A stretch of 64,000 bases of DNA, from the NCBI GenBank assembly GCA_965655095.1, contig OZ296649.1:68200001-68264000 (forward strand), written 5' to 3'. A program made the translations under genes and the position numbers. This DNA comes from Haplodiscus bocki (Eukaryota). The notes under the pieces were generated by a model. It saw nothing but the letters and a program-made list of their open reading frames with translations, had not been told where the DNA came from and made no database searches. Below, in pieces: positions 24,601-37,483 of the stretch; the first letter of the stretch is position 1; every line of letters starts with the position of its first letter.

Positions 24601-25058
24601 TTATTTTCCGCCATATTTGTAATATGGAAGGAAAATCATCAACTCAACGAGAACGTTTTTTCTACGTTTACTAGCCAATTGGAAATGTCCGAATTTCTAA
24701 TTTTCGGCGGTTATGACTGAAAATTTTTCATCACCAAATTTGAGCAAATTTGTTGTAGAATGCGACTGAAATAGCAAGATTTCTCAAACGAAATTTTTTT
24801 TGAAGAAAAACTTGATTTCTTTTCAAAATCCGTAAAAAGTGGCAAATTTGCTGTAGAATGCCTATCAAGTTATATCATTTCTTAAAAATGTCTTTTCCAC
24901 CTCATTTGTGAGGGTTTTTTTTTCAAAATAAGATTACCAAATTCGAAAAATTTGATAGGGAAAGAGTATTCTTTTGGAAAGAAACGCTTTCATTCTTTTA
25001 AAAAGCATCTTTAAACAAAATTGGAGAGGAGAATATGCCGGTGGTATCCGGCTGTCTT
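24601..25058 (+). mobile_element. Non-autonomous Helitron-like repeat (copy B)
   Basis: Reverse complement of copy A; ends GCCGG-tggtat-CCGGC hairpin then TGTCTT. Confidence 0.55.
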
Positions 25059-27048
25059 TGTTAAAAATACGCACAAAACATTTGGGCCATCTGGCCGAGT
25101 TTCATTCAGTCATAACTTGGGGAAAAATTTGAAAATTCTGAGAAAAGAAAATTTGTCAAAATGCGTTAAGATTTCCATTTTGTCGTTTCAAATGCTCTCG
25201 ATTGTTCAAAGTTTCGTACCGGCCAACCTCTCTTTGAATTTCCCACGTTGAATTAATTTCATCGCCTTCTGTATTTACCTTGGCCTAGATATGCATTGTT
25301 TGTTAAATTGGGCTTCTTCCGGGGTGATTTTTGTGAGAGAAGACGCAAAAATTTCCCAATCTAATCTTTATGATAACTCTTTAGATGTTTCACCTACGAA
25401 GCAGCCATACTTTACTCCCACAAAACTTTACTCCCATAAAAGCAAAAGGATAACGGTATCTTCCGAGCAACCTCAACAGCTTTTGCAGATTCTCAGTCAA
25501 ACATGCCACTGTCCATGCCTAATATAGAGTTTCAGTGTAGAAGTAACAAACCAGTGGGGAAATTTTGGGAGATTCTAGTGAGGTGTGTTTAAGAACCGAC
25601 CAGAAATTTCATTGGACGCTAGTTTTGGATCACGACTTACTGCTTATAGCTGTAGTGAACGATGAAAAAGTTTTAAATTCCAGTTTTTTTCGCACTGACA
25701 AAACGTTTCAGTGAGTAGTCCGTGCTCATTGTCATTTGGTCTCCGAATGCAGTTTACTTGGAGGTCGAACAGAAATCAATTATAACAACAAAACTATTGA
25801 AATCTTTAAAGCGAATGACCAATCAGATTTGGACTTCATGGACGAAAGAGAATTTGCCTGAGTTGCAATCATTTTTTAGAGACGGTATTAAAAATAGCCA
25901 AAGATGAATAAATATGCGTTGCCTAATGAAATGAAGCATTGGCATTGATAACTAATTAGACATTTTGCTGAATTACTCTTTGGGAAAGACAAATTTCGCA
26001 GATTACAATTGCGAGTTTTGAAAATTTATTCAGATTAGCAATAGATCTTTTTAGGCCCACCAAAAATGCATGTGTGTTTACTCAAAATGCAGCCAGCCCG
26101 AGTGTAAAAGAAAGTTATCTGACTTGTCTGCTCAAAATACAAGCAACTTGAATTTTGTACGCAAAATATCTTAAATCTTGCAAGAAAAACAACTTTTTGG
26201 GAGAAACTTGTATATAAATAGCATTCTATGGCAAATTTGGGACAAATTGCTTTTAATAGAAAAAAAAGTGCCGTAAAATTTGAAAATTACATTTTTCCCC
26301 GAAAACGCCTAATATCTGACAATGAAAGAAGTTTTTGGGAAAAAGCTGCTTTATTATCGTTTGTTTTTGCGAGTACGTATCAGTTGATAATAGGTTTTTG
26401 TAGGTTAGAGTTCTGAGCGAAAAATGAACAAATTCTCAATAGAAGTGAACGAATTCTCATTAGAAGTGAGAATGAATTCTAAATCGGCAAAACGTGTCTG
26501 CAAAGAAAGAAAAAGCAAAACAACACTAACCATTGAATAATTTTCCTTTCCATATAAAGTATGGATGCGGAAAACAATGAGGTAGGTTCCTGTACTTTTA
26601 CTAGAAATGCACTTTTGTTGAGTCGAACCTCAGGTTGTTCGAAAATTGAGCTTGATGCTGCGCACTTCCAAAACATACTTCGATTTTATAAAAATGTGGA
26701 TAAGTTCGAAAAAATTGGTGATCAGTGGGTTTTGAATTTTTCCCAGAAAAACTTTAATCAATTTACTACTCACATTAAGCACCACGTTTCAAGTAGTATC
26801 TTCAATACTTTGGTAGTTTAAGGTACCGTGCATTCTTCAATAGTGCTATAAATTTGCAGGAAAACTGCATACACTCCAGGCAAACGTTGACAGGATCTCT
26901 TGTGATCGCGAGGATGTTCCAGTGTTGTACATTACCGGAAAACTGCTGCAAAATGCCCAGTTAGTTGTGAAAACTATTGTTCCGGTGCAAACGAAATTTT
27001 GTTAAATTTGGAAAATAACTTTTGGCATTTTTGAGGTTATATTCCATG

Positions 27049-27514
27049 CAAGACGGCCGGCTAGCACCGGCATATTTTTCGCTCAACTACAAGTATTTTG
27101 ATCAACTTTTCCAAACGGTCAAAAACGAGACTACTGTTTTGAACTTAGCTTTCAAAGGTTTTCTACAAACATCAATTCCATCATTGATTTCGATATGTTA
27201 TGCAAAAGAGGGGGTATCACGAACTTCCGTCGAAATTTTTTTGTCTCACAGTGCCGAAACATTTCGTAAAGGGCCCCTTCAGTGTTTCACTAATTTCGGG
27301 TATCGAAAAATGTGAGGGATAAATCATAAAAATGTTGGCACGACAGAGACTTGAACCCTCGACCTACTGCTTGAGAACCCTGTTGTCCTAACGCAACTGC
27401 TGTCATTTATTTTTGAATAAAAAGAGTTGGCAATTTTGATCTGAAAAAAAAAACAAAAGCGAACCTATTGAATGAATAATTTTTCTTGCATATTACATAT
27501 GTGGCGAAAAATAG
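27049..27514 (-). mobile_element. Helitron-like repeat with family termini but a different interior, head-to-tail with the next copy
   Basis: caagacggccggctagcaccggcatattttt ... catattacatatgtggcgaaaaatag. Confidence 0.5.
27333..27405 (-). pseudogene. tRNA-like fragment (pseudo-tRNA or SINE head)
   Basis: Minus strand ...gtaggtcgagGGTTCAAGTCtctgtcgtgcca, resembling a T-arm/B-box and tRNA 3' end; cloverleaf incomplete. Confidence 0.4.
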
Positions 27515-28440
27515 CAAGACGGCCGGCTACTACTGGCATTTTTTCCGCCCTGCAACTTTTACAAAGAGGCCTTTTGGAACGTTGAAAGCGTTTTTTTCTG
27601 ATGCATACTCTTTCCTTGGTAACCTTTCTAATTTCTCCAAATTTAAAGAATGTCCCATTTTTCCGAAGAAAACTCAATTTAAGGGTACAAATTGAACAAG
27701 GAAAATTTGTGAAAAATAATATCATTTTTTACTAACTCTACAGCAAATTTGCCACCTTTAACGATTTTGGAAAAAATTAAAAGTCTTTTCCCAACTTTTC
27801 CCCAAAAAACCCCAATTTTCGTACGTTCTTGGAAATCCTACTAATTCAGTCGCATTCTACGGCAAATTTGCTAAAATTTGGTGCTAAAAAAATTCAAAGT
27901 CAGAATCGGACATTTTGGTCGTACATTATCAGTCGGCAATAGGCATGTGCGGTTCATTGAATTGATAATTGAAATTCAATTATTTCCCCTGGGTTGAATT
28001 GAATTGACTAAATTGTTGCGAATTGAAAATTTCAATTCAATTCGTTAACATTATTGTTGGTAACAAAATTGTCGTTAAGTATCACAAGTTTTTGTGTTTC
28101 CAGATTTGACTCAACTTAGACGACGTGAAATTAGTATTTGCTATCCAAAAACTAAAGATTTTGAATCAAAAAGTACCGCAGAAAACTACGGCCGGAATCG
28201 TAAAAGCAAATATATCCATAAAAAGGTGATTTTCCACGTGACTAATTTCGAAATTTCAAGACGCCGTGCATTGAATTGATTTTGAATTGAATTGCAATTC
28301 ATGCACTCGAATTGAATTGGAATTGAATTGAATAAAAATTCCCTGAATGGCACATGCCTAGTCGGCAACTAAAGGAAAAGGAAACGTCCGCGTTGATTGG
28401 ATGATTTTCCTTCCATATTGTAAATATGGGCGAAAAATAA
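27515..28440 (-). mobile_element. Helitron-like repeat (copy C) interrupted by a MITE
   Basis: Colinear with copy A on both sides of the 27940-28360 insertion. Confidence 0.55.
27940..28360. mobile_element. hAT-type MITE (421 bp)
   Basis: Perfect 11-bp TIR TAGGCATGTGC/GCACATGCCTA, perfect 8-bp TSD GTCGGCAA (27932-27939, 28361-28368), subterminal GAATT repeats. Confidence 0.9.
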
Positions 28441-29325
28441 TATTGCCAGCATTCTTTGAGAATAAATTTTACTTTCAAGGAAACTATTTAAAAATTTCCA
28501 CTTGCGTTCTTGGTTCGTTCCATAAATTTTTGATCTTTTCCTAAAAGTACTTCATTAATCAGGATTTTTCGGGTACTCTGAAATCATCGCGAAGTCTTTA
28601 GACTAGTCAACATAAACAAAAAACGAAACGAACGTCAAATTCCGAAAATTAAATTATTTCATGCACAGGCAACAATGGGAGTCTCTCAAAAAACCATCTG
28701 TCGATGAGAGTAAATGTTGCAAGAAAATGTCGACTCGAGCCCACCCTGTGTCCTTTATCTTTCGGTGTCGATATTATGGAGACTCCTCCGACATCTAAGC
28801 TAAAACCGGATTTACATTTTACAAGTAAAGCAGGTTTTGTGGAAAGTAAGTTTAGCATTGGCCAATTCGCCGAAAATGAAAAAGATATTTACAGGCAGCT
28901 TCGAATTTCCTTTGGTTTTTAAAAATAGGACAGACAATAACTTTATGCCAGTACTGTACTGTAGACGGTGGATATCATCTTCGCCGAATGCAAAAAAAAC
29001 GAATCGTCACTACTTGCATTTTGACAAAGAAATCAAAGAAATAATTAGCATGGTCAGATTTTGACTTGATTATATCAATATTTTGTACAAATTTTGGTAA
29101 ATAATCGAATGGGGGTAATCTTGACGTGATAAAATAATGAATAGAACGTAATTGAAAGCTACAATTACTTCAGCTCGATCACACGAAATATTCTTCTTTG
29201 ATGCTGAATATCTGAAAAAGCTCTAAGGATATTTCCAGTGAGTGTCGACAAAAATATTAATCACTGAGAAAGAGAACAGGGAACAAGGATAGGTACGGTT
29301 GCGAATTTTCAGGTTAAGTCCTGAA

Positions 29326-31500
29326 TGTAAGAAAGTAGAGGTAGCTAGCTATGATGGTATGATGGTAAGGATGTAAGTCTGTATGATGTACCTGCGTGTA
29401 GTCTGGTATTTTTTGAACGCGAATAAATTTATCAGTAGGTGTTGTGTTGAATGGTGCGATTTGTTGCGACGGAATGCAATAAACAGGGAAAGGGTAACAA
29501 CAATAACAACAATAACAATTAGCGTGACAATGGAGCGGCGAATGAGCTGTATTGGAGCGGATTAAAGCAAATTGGGCTGTATGAACAGCCTCAGGAAACA
29601 AACATGTCGTCATGGTCGTAGACTAACTCCAAACTCATCTCTTTCCATACCACCATTGTCGTCTGTTGTTGTCTGCACTGATAAGCAGCAAGCACAACAT
29701 CAAAGACCCAAGGCAAAATTGATGAGAAAATCGTCACTTCCTCAATGACTTATTACTCGGTCTCTCCAAGTATTTTGGCTCCCTCCTCCTCTTCCATATA
29801 CTAGGCGCTGCTTACCCATTATTATATTACATCAGGGCCCTCACTCATCTTTCGTCTTGAGTAACTCAGCTGTGGTTACTATTTTGTTCTGGCGCCAAAT
29901 GTAGTAAATGACAAGCATGTTCCAAGCCCAAATGTTTTGAAAGTACCAAATTAAGAGACTGCAAAAAGCAGCTATGACTTCAACTAAAGACGAAGCTACT
30001 TGATTAAGAAGTCATCGAAGCTAGGAAGAGGCCTACTCACAGACAGATGAGTGACGTGATATCATCCTTCTTTCAAACTAATTATACTGACGAGGCGAAC
30101 ACCGGACGGAGGAATTGCACTTCAAAAGCCATATCTGCGGGTTTCGATATCGCGACGGAACTCACTGTTAAATTTAATGTATTCACTTATATGGTGGAGC
30201 AAAAATTAGAGAATGTGGCAGACTCTTCAACTGTGAAAGAACCGGAAATTGACCTTGCAACGTGTCTTCTAAATGACACTTGCGTGGGATTCATGCAAAT
30301 TTGAGGGGACGTAATTTTCACTTTGTTGAAAGTGCTTATAAAATGTGAAATATTAAAAGTCAAGGTTATAAACTCGATCGGTTTCTCAAGAAAACTACAA
30401 ATTTACTGAAGTTTGAAGGAAAATTGTGTCTGCTGCGTTGATGTCTTTCAAGCTTTTTAAAAAAGTGAGCCTTCTAAAATTTGAGAATGTTCATATTTTG
30501 CAACATTTCGACCAATGTGCAGCTTCTATTAATCGTGTGGTTGCTGCAACCGTTTTAGTAGCCATGGCAACTATTGCAGTTTAGGCGCCCCGAGAAACAT
30601 TTCGACAGAACAAAGGTGTGGAAGGAAAGTATATTGACCACAACCAATCCGGATTATTAAGAATGCCTCAAGCTTGTATTGAACGATAGTAGTAAAATAG
30701 TATTCTTGATAAAAAGGATGACAGTTGATGATCTAGCTAGTTGAAGAGATTCAGGCAACATAAGATAACGTCTGCATAAAATATGCTTGTAAATAGATAT
30801 TAAAAAATGGCAGTGGCAAATCAGACGTGAAACGAGGACGGTCTTTGAGTCGGTGAAGATCCCTTAAGGTCACCGGGGATTAATTCTGATCAAAACTTTT
30901 CTGAAGGCTGTATAGTGCTACATATATCCGACGCCGAGATCTGTCCTTTTCGGTGCCTACTACGAACACGTAGTCGTATACCATTGGTTACTGCAATTGT
31001 TTCAAAAGATTTCACATGCGTAGCTCTACTGCAAAAAACTGAACAGCGTTTGCCAGTTTATGTACATTGTTTCCATTATACGACAGATCAGAAATGGAAA
31101 TCAGGTTTTTCCACAGAAATGAAAGTTTGCGCCTTGAGTAAATCCGAGACCTGAAATGTGACTAAAAGTCAGAGATATCTTAGTGCGGGCCAGATATGCA
31201 TCCCTGGCATCATAAATTACCTAATGTGGTCAAAGTATGCGCCATCATAAGATATTTCCTGACCCAGCTCTGGGCGTTAGTTTGGTATCTAAGGGCCATT
31301 CATTTACCATGTTACCTAATATTTATGAAGTTCATGGAAAAACCAAAATTGAAAGTTTGCGAAATTGCATTCAGGCCAATTATCCTTCTAAAAGACATAT
31401 CAAAACAATGCTAGTTTATCGTGACCTCAAATATGAAAATTTAAATATTTTAGACTGATTATCAGTTAACTTAGTAAACTTTATCTACAAAATAGCAGCT
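29326..31500 (+). mobile_element. Possible heavily decayed LTR-retroelement fragment
   Basis: TGTAA... start, TGGCGCCAAA PBS-like motif near 29891, weak protease-like PDPALGVSLVS near 31255; poorly supported. Confidence 0.25.
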
Positions 31501-32099
31501 GTTGTTACAAATTCTTCAGAAGCCGAAAGTATTATATGCGATAAAGTTGCCAATCAGTTGTAGGAATACACTTCAGTACCAATATTGGAGCTCACATATT
31601 GGGAACCAAAGATGATTTACTAAAATTCTACTACGATCCAGAGATACTTCACAAGATCCTATAAGGTCACAAAAACTTACAACGTACTATCACTGTACCA
31701 GGGCATTCTCCGTACAATCTTGCAGGCTAATATCTCACATACCAATCTAAGTTTTGAAAACTGGACCACATAAAGTTTTAATTGGTATCAAAAAGTCTGA
31801 AAGTTTGAGAAAAGTTATCGTTTTTTATTGTGGTCCTGTCTACTGAGGAACTTTTCAAAAATGACTTTACCAGAAAAAAGTGTAATTCTATGGTTGAAAG
31901 CGAGTTGAAGTTTCAAAAAATCTTTTCCGCTATTTACCGGAGAATTGTTGCTAGAATGATTTCAACATTCTTCACATTCTTTACACAAAAAGCAAGGCTA
32001 GAACAAAGTTTATTATAGCTCGCCAACACGGAGAATTTTCCGCTTGCAACCCAATTCATGTTCAAAGGTTTTGTAGCTGCATGACATTCACCTCCTCTC

Positions 32100-35000
32100 A
32101 ACTTTTTACTTCTAATCTGAATTATCGGGGTTGTAGTCGACACCGTTATCATCGGATGTCTTCTGTTGTTTCTGTGCAGGTAGTTCTTTGCACCTCCGTC
32201 CTGTAATAGAAATTTGAAACTAACATCCAAAACAAATTTCAAAAAAAATGATAGGCTACCCAAACGGTCTGTTGGCGCACATTTCCGGTTTGATCTCCGT
32301 ATATGAACAATTTCAACCAATGAATTGTTTCTGTTTTCATCTTTTTCGTCTTTTACTTTTTCTTCTTCTGATCAGTTCAGTAACAATGACAATGACTGTG
32401 TCTTGTTTCTTTTTTGAAAACTCTTTAACCACGCATGCGTGCACCAATTTTCCCTCTGACTTATCACAACACCTAAATCACCATCATTGTTGTGGCATTG
32501 AAATTTAATCAATTCTTCATTTGGGCGCTCTGAGATGATTCCGTCTTAGTTCGGCCCTTTAGTCTCAGCTACTCTTACGTATTTTTTTCGGGCGCCTCTC
32601 TGAGTGTGCCTGTTCGGTGATTTTCTTTTTTTCGGTGACTCCTGAATTTTAACAGCAACTGAAAAAGTTTCTTGGTATGGTGCTTCTTTTTCTACAGTTG
32701 ACAGCGTGCATTCTGTTCTATTTCCAATTCTCGTGTAAATTTTCCTGGAAAGTTTCCATAAAAATTTTCCTTCCAAAACATTTCACGGAAAGCTAAATTT
32801 ATCACTAAGCAGTTTCATCAGTTTTATTTTTGGTAACATTTCTCTCAAATATCAAGCAAATTTCTTCCTCCGTGTCATGATGAAGTAACTCGCAAGTTCA
32901 TTTTCGCTTTTTGGTGATCATGAAACAGGATCCACTTCCTTGCAAATGAAACATCTGATTCTGTTTAACAGGATAAGTAGCTTTTCTCATCTTCAAAAGT
33001 ACTGATCAAATAAGTTAATGGCTTTCTCCTATATTGTAATTCTAAAAGTTGATTTTTGAGGAAACCATTTACATTGAAAGGCTTCATTCTGTACGCGTGA
33101 TTCACATTTCTAATAGAACGGGATTCATCTTCAAAATGATCATTTCTTTTGGTTCTTCATTGTTCGTAATTCACTGTCGACCAGCATGTAAGTTGGGTGA
33201 GCTATTTTTCGATTCAAAAGTTTCTCGTTTTACAACAGTCTTCAAATTTGTGTCAAAGAAAAGCAATACCCAATACCCAAGTATTGTTCAATTTTTTCTG
33301 GTACCCCCTTACTAATAGATCAAACTCTCTAAAAAAATTATCACATTTCGCGCGTCTCTGGATTGGAAAACTAAAACTACAGCACTTCAGTACATCTATC
33401 ACGCTCTGCTGTGTTCCACAGTTCACTAACGAAAATGTTTTTTTTTGGTAGGTTGTCGGAAAGATCAATGTGAACTTCTTCTCCAGGTTTCCATAAAAAC
33501 TGTTAAGTTTCCTTGAGTTCCCTGAGGCCTTTTTTTCATTTTCCCATTTCTCAGCAGAACTCTTCCAAATGTTTCTTTTTGTCTTTTATGGTATCCGCTT
33601 ACCAAGAAATGCCACTTCCAGATATTAAATCCTGTTTTCTGTGAAGGCAAAAATCTACTGCGTCCACTACTTTTCTCTGTATTTTTTAAAACGTTGCGTC
33701 AGTTGATTGGAAGCGGGAAGAAAAATTTCGGTCTGTTGTTGCATCTGATTTTTCTTTGAAGTCTTTTAGTCGCAACAGTTTGAGATAAAACGAAGTGTTT
33801 TTGCAATAGAGATTTCAGATGCACCATGAAACTAAATTCTGCCTTCTCCAAGTTTTCTCGCCTATGCCGCGTTCAATTTCGGTATGTCAATCACTCACAA
33901 TATTTATCTGAGATTTTTGCATTGTCTTTCCAGCTATATCGAAGTCATCAAAAGCAGCTTTTTGGAAAATAATGGCCCACCGGAAAACTTCATCCTCTCC
34001 ATGTACGAAACGTTTTTGAGTTCTATCTTTTTCTTGTTACTGTTGAATTCGAAGTAGACACTTCCTCTTTTCGGTCCTCTCTTTCAAAATAAAAAATCGA
34101 TATAATATTCTGCTACATCCTCTCATCCACTTTTGTCTTTTTGTGGCATCATTACATTTCCGCTCAAATTGCTATCGATTTTGATCCGTTGACTGCAGCA
34201 AACTAGAGATTTCACATCGAATGTTTTTTCATCAGTTTCATCGAATTATCTACTTGAAAAATCAATCACAGTTCTGGTGTTCTAACATTTTGTGTCTACC
34301 ATAGTAGTCTCCGAAAAGGAGCTCGGCCAGTGTCCATTGTTACGGAGTTACATCAGTCTCCAGTGAGATGTTCTGAAAAAGGTTGCTTGGTTAGAAACTT
34401 CCTCTTTTTAGATTTTCAGGTTAATATTTACACCAGTTCCATTCTGGTTTTTCTTCAAAAATGTCGTATCTTGTCTGTTTTTACAGAAGAATTTGGCGGG
34501 AAATTTGCAAATTTCAGTAACACCCCGAAAAAGTTTTTTACTCGTTCAACAGTTTTCAGTGATCTATTTCTAGTATCGGTTGTCTCTCGTTCGTTTTCGT
34601 CCCATGGCTGATTATATCGAGTCCAACACATGTTGTTTCCTTCTAAACTGAAAATGTCAGTTGCTTTTTTACTTTTCTTCCATCAGGTTTCCTTCAGCTG
34701 TTTCGTTATTTTTGACGAAAGTTCCGTTGTTGATACCGTGTAACTACAACGTTGTTTGATAGCTTGAAATTGGATCATTTTTTCCTTGGAAGGTTTTTGC
34801 GTTGTAGGATAAAACGAAGAACTAAAGTTTGAGTCTGGGATGGGCTTTAAAATGTGCTCTTGTTATTACAAAGATAGACTGTTTCATCGGATGAGTCAGT
34901 TTGCAAAATGGGGACTCGAAGTGTATATTTGATTTGCACAATAGATGATTCTGTAGTTTTGTTAATTACAGTATCTGATTCATCTAATCCGCCTAATTAA

Positions 35001-35905
35001 CGTATGCGATCCCATTTTACGCCACTGTTGATTAGTTTCTTTGATGCTAAAGTGAATTTTTAACGACGTGCCGTTTATAATAACGGAGATACCGAAAAAT
35101 ATGCTTTTAGTTTACTAACTTCTGTCCAAATTTACAACTAATATCACTTTTTTTATCAAATTCAATGTTTTTTTTTGCACTGGTACAGTGTGGGTCTCCC
35201 TTTTGACTTAACCGGAAGGTGTCCTGGCGTCAGTGGCGTTTTTTGGCATTTTTCCGCTTTTCTCGTTCTGGATAATAGGATTAACTGTTTGAAAGGTTGA
35301 TCTCCTCTGATTGTTTTCCTGATGGCATTTGAACGTCCCATCTGAATTATCATAACCAGTGGAGTACCAAAAATACTTTTTTCATCGGTGATAAGAGTAA
35401 AAAAGCTTTTCTAAAGCCTGCTGTTTTTCGGTTCCACCAACTTTTTTGCATGAAGTTTTACCTCAAATATTTCAACCTCTTTCTACCTATTCAATTGTGC
35501 TGAAACTCTTTTATTCTTTATTAGTTTGTCATCCAGTTGTCTTTTTGTAACTCAAATGCTAACGTACGTTTTAAATCCTTTGGTTTTGATGATCTTTGTC
35601 AGGTAATTGTCTTTTCTGTTAGGTGTCTTGTTTCAGTTATTTTGTATACCGATCTGTTTGATTCGCTTGTTCTGTTCCGTTCGGTAGAAAACTTTCTTTT
35701 GTTTTGGGGCATTTCTTGACCTTATTTTACATAACTGCGCGAAGTGACCATTGCTGATGCAATTGAGACAAGTAACTCGTCTTTCGGGCGTTTATGGTTC
35801 CGATTCTATTTTCTTGCGTTTTTCTGTGGACATTATGCAAAAAATACATTTAAGAACAGTTCTTAAAGTTCATAAACTTGCTGAATTTTCACTTGAGAGG
35901 TTGTG
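32100..35905 (-). mobile_element. Decayed Gypsy-like gag-pol remnant, probably continuing at ~44470-44960 beyond the BEL insertion
   Basis: CLNCISNGHFAQLC zinc knuckle (35729-35770); GVPEKI...AF..KFEDCCK...SPNLHAG integrase-core-like fragments at ~33170-33310; many stops and frameshifts. Confidence 0.55.
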
Positions 35906-35910
35906 TTGTG

Positions 35911-37137
35911 TGTTGCGGTTGAAGACTTAAATGATTGAGAAATTGGAAAATTTTCTTTTCTGATTGAGAAAGATGATAGATGTTTTTCAGCCTCAAAAAA
36001 ACCTTACCAGTTGCTCAAGACATGATATCATTAACAAGGTGCATTACACCGTCTTTATTTACTCTAAAACAATACAAAACAGTGAATTCTACACCTGATC
36101 CCACCATGACATTTAAAGTGTCGTATTTCAAGGTCACGTAATGCTGTTGACCTCAGTTTTCGGTCTGCCCGTTCTATGTGCACCATTGTACCTATGTGCC
36201 AACATTCCGCCTGAACGGAGAATAAAAATTTCAAATTCTTGCCTTTTGGGACCTATTTGATGGTTATATCTGATTTCATAAATTTTTGAATTTTTGGCCA
36301 ATTTTCGATATATTATTTTTAAGTTCATTTTTGAGAGCTTCACTTAGTTCATTGGTGTTGCAACTTTCTAGAATGAATGCCATATTGTCCTGTGTGACCC
36401 GTGTTTAATGTTTGATTTACATATAAGTAAAAATTTCTGATGTTATGGGGAAAACTCTGTTGTTTTACATATCTTTTTTGTCATTTCCTGTACTTTGTGT
36501 CCCTGTTGAATGTCGAATGTGATCTCATCTACTTTCATGACTGAAATCTTCCCCACTTTAGTGCTTTAATGGTATTATTTCGCATCCGATATTTTTTACT
36601 TCCTTCAATGATCACATATTTAGAATAAATGTTACGTTTATTTTATTAATTTGTTTAAATCTTTTGCCTGGCTCTGAAAACCTTGTAAAGTTTCAGCTCG
36701 TTTGGTCCCCATTGTAACCACCTGCCCCAACATGTTTCAAACATGTTTCAAAAGTTCCGGTGTTTGATTTTTACGGAAAGTTATTCACGAAGTATGCTGT
36801 GTTTGATGTCATTATTTGTTGTGTAAACTTTGGATATTCTAGCTGAGTTCAGGGTAATATTTAACTCACCGAAGAAGAGTTGCTCTGAAACTCGATACTT
36901 TAACCAGCAATTCTTTACGCTAGAGCTTGCTTGCAAAGTTTCAGTAAATTAGAGATTTGAAACCAGGATTGCTGAAAACTTAAAGACAGCATTAAAGTTG
37001 TGGAAAACTTCGAAATTAGAAATTGCCAAAGTGGGAGTTGTTTCAACCAAGCAAAAAATACTGTCCCTTCAAACCTATTGGGCGGACCAAGGCCGATGTA
37101 ACAAATAGGAATAGTGTGTTTTCGAACAACCGTTACA
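35911..37137 (+). repeat. 5' LTR of BEL/Pao element
   Basis: TG...CA termini; aligns with 43264-44465 with substantial divergence (very roughly 20% by eye). Confidence 0.88.
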
Positions 37138-37139
37138 AT

Positions 37140-37157
37140 TTGTCCGCCGACCCGGAC
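37140..37157 (+). promoter_or_regulatory. Degenerate PBS (tRNA-Tyr-like)
   Basis: TTGTCCGCCGACCCGGAC right after the LTR, resembling TGGTCCTTCGAGCCGGA. Confidence 0.55.
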
Positions 37158-37483
37158 ATCATTTCGATCCATCAGTGATTTCTTCAAGGGTTTGGAAACT
37201 TCGGTTGATACTTCAATGATGAAAAAGTAGCTGACACCGAAAAAATGTATTTTTTTTGAAAAAACAACTTGAGCTGGAAGTTCAGGAAATGAAAAAAAGG
37301 CTTGTGTAGTCAAGCATTGAACAGAGGTTTTGCGAGAGTTTTCACACGTCTCCCTGAACTCGAAAAATTCGCAACAGAATTATCAAACAGTTTGTACCAA
37401 AAGGCCTTGATTGTCGTCACAAAACTTCTACGTCCGACTACTTCGCCAACTCAGAAGCATTTACATCCTATTTTGCGAACTTT

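Noticed and set aside
27333-27405. Functional tRNA gene
   Set aside because: Acceptor and D stems do not pair properly and it sits inside a dispersed repeat.
12800-29300. Many 60-100 aa ORFs as host genes
   Set aside because: Mostly non-ATG starts, low-complexity F/K/L-rich, within repeats, no recognisable domains or exon chains.
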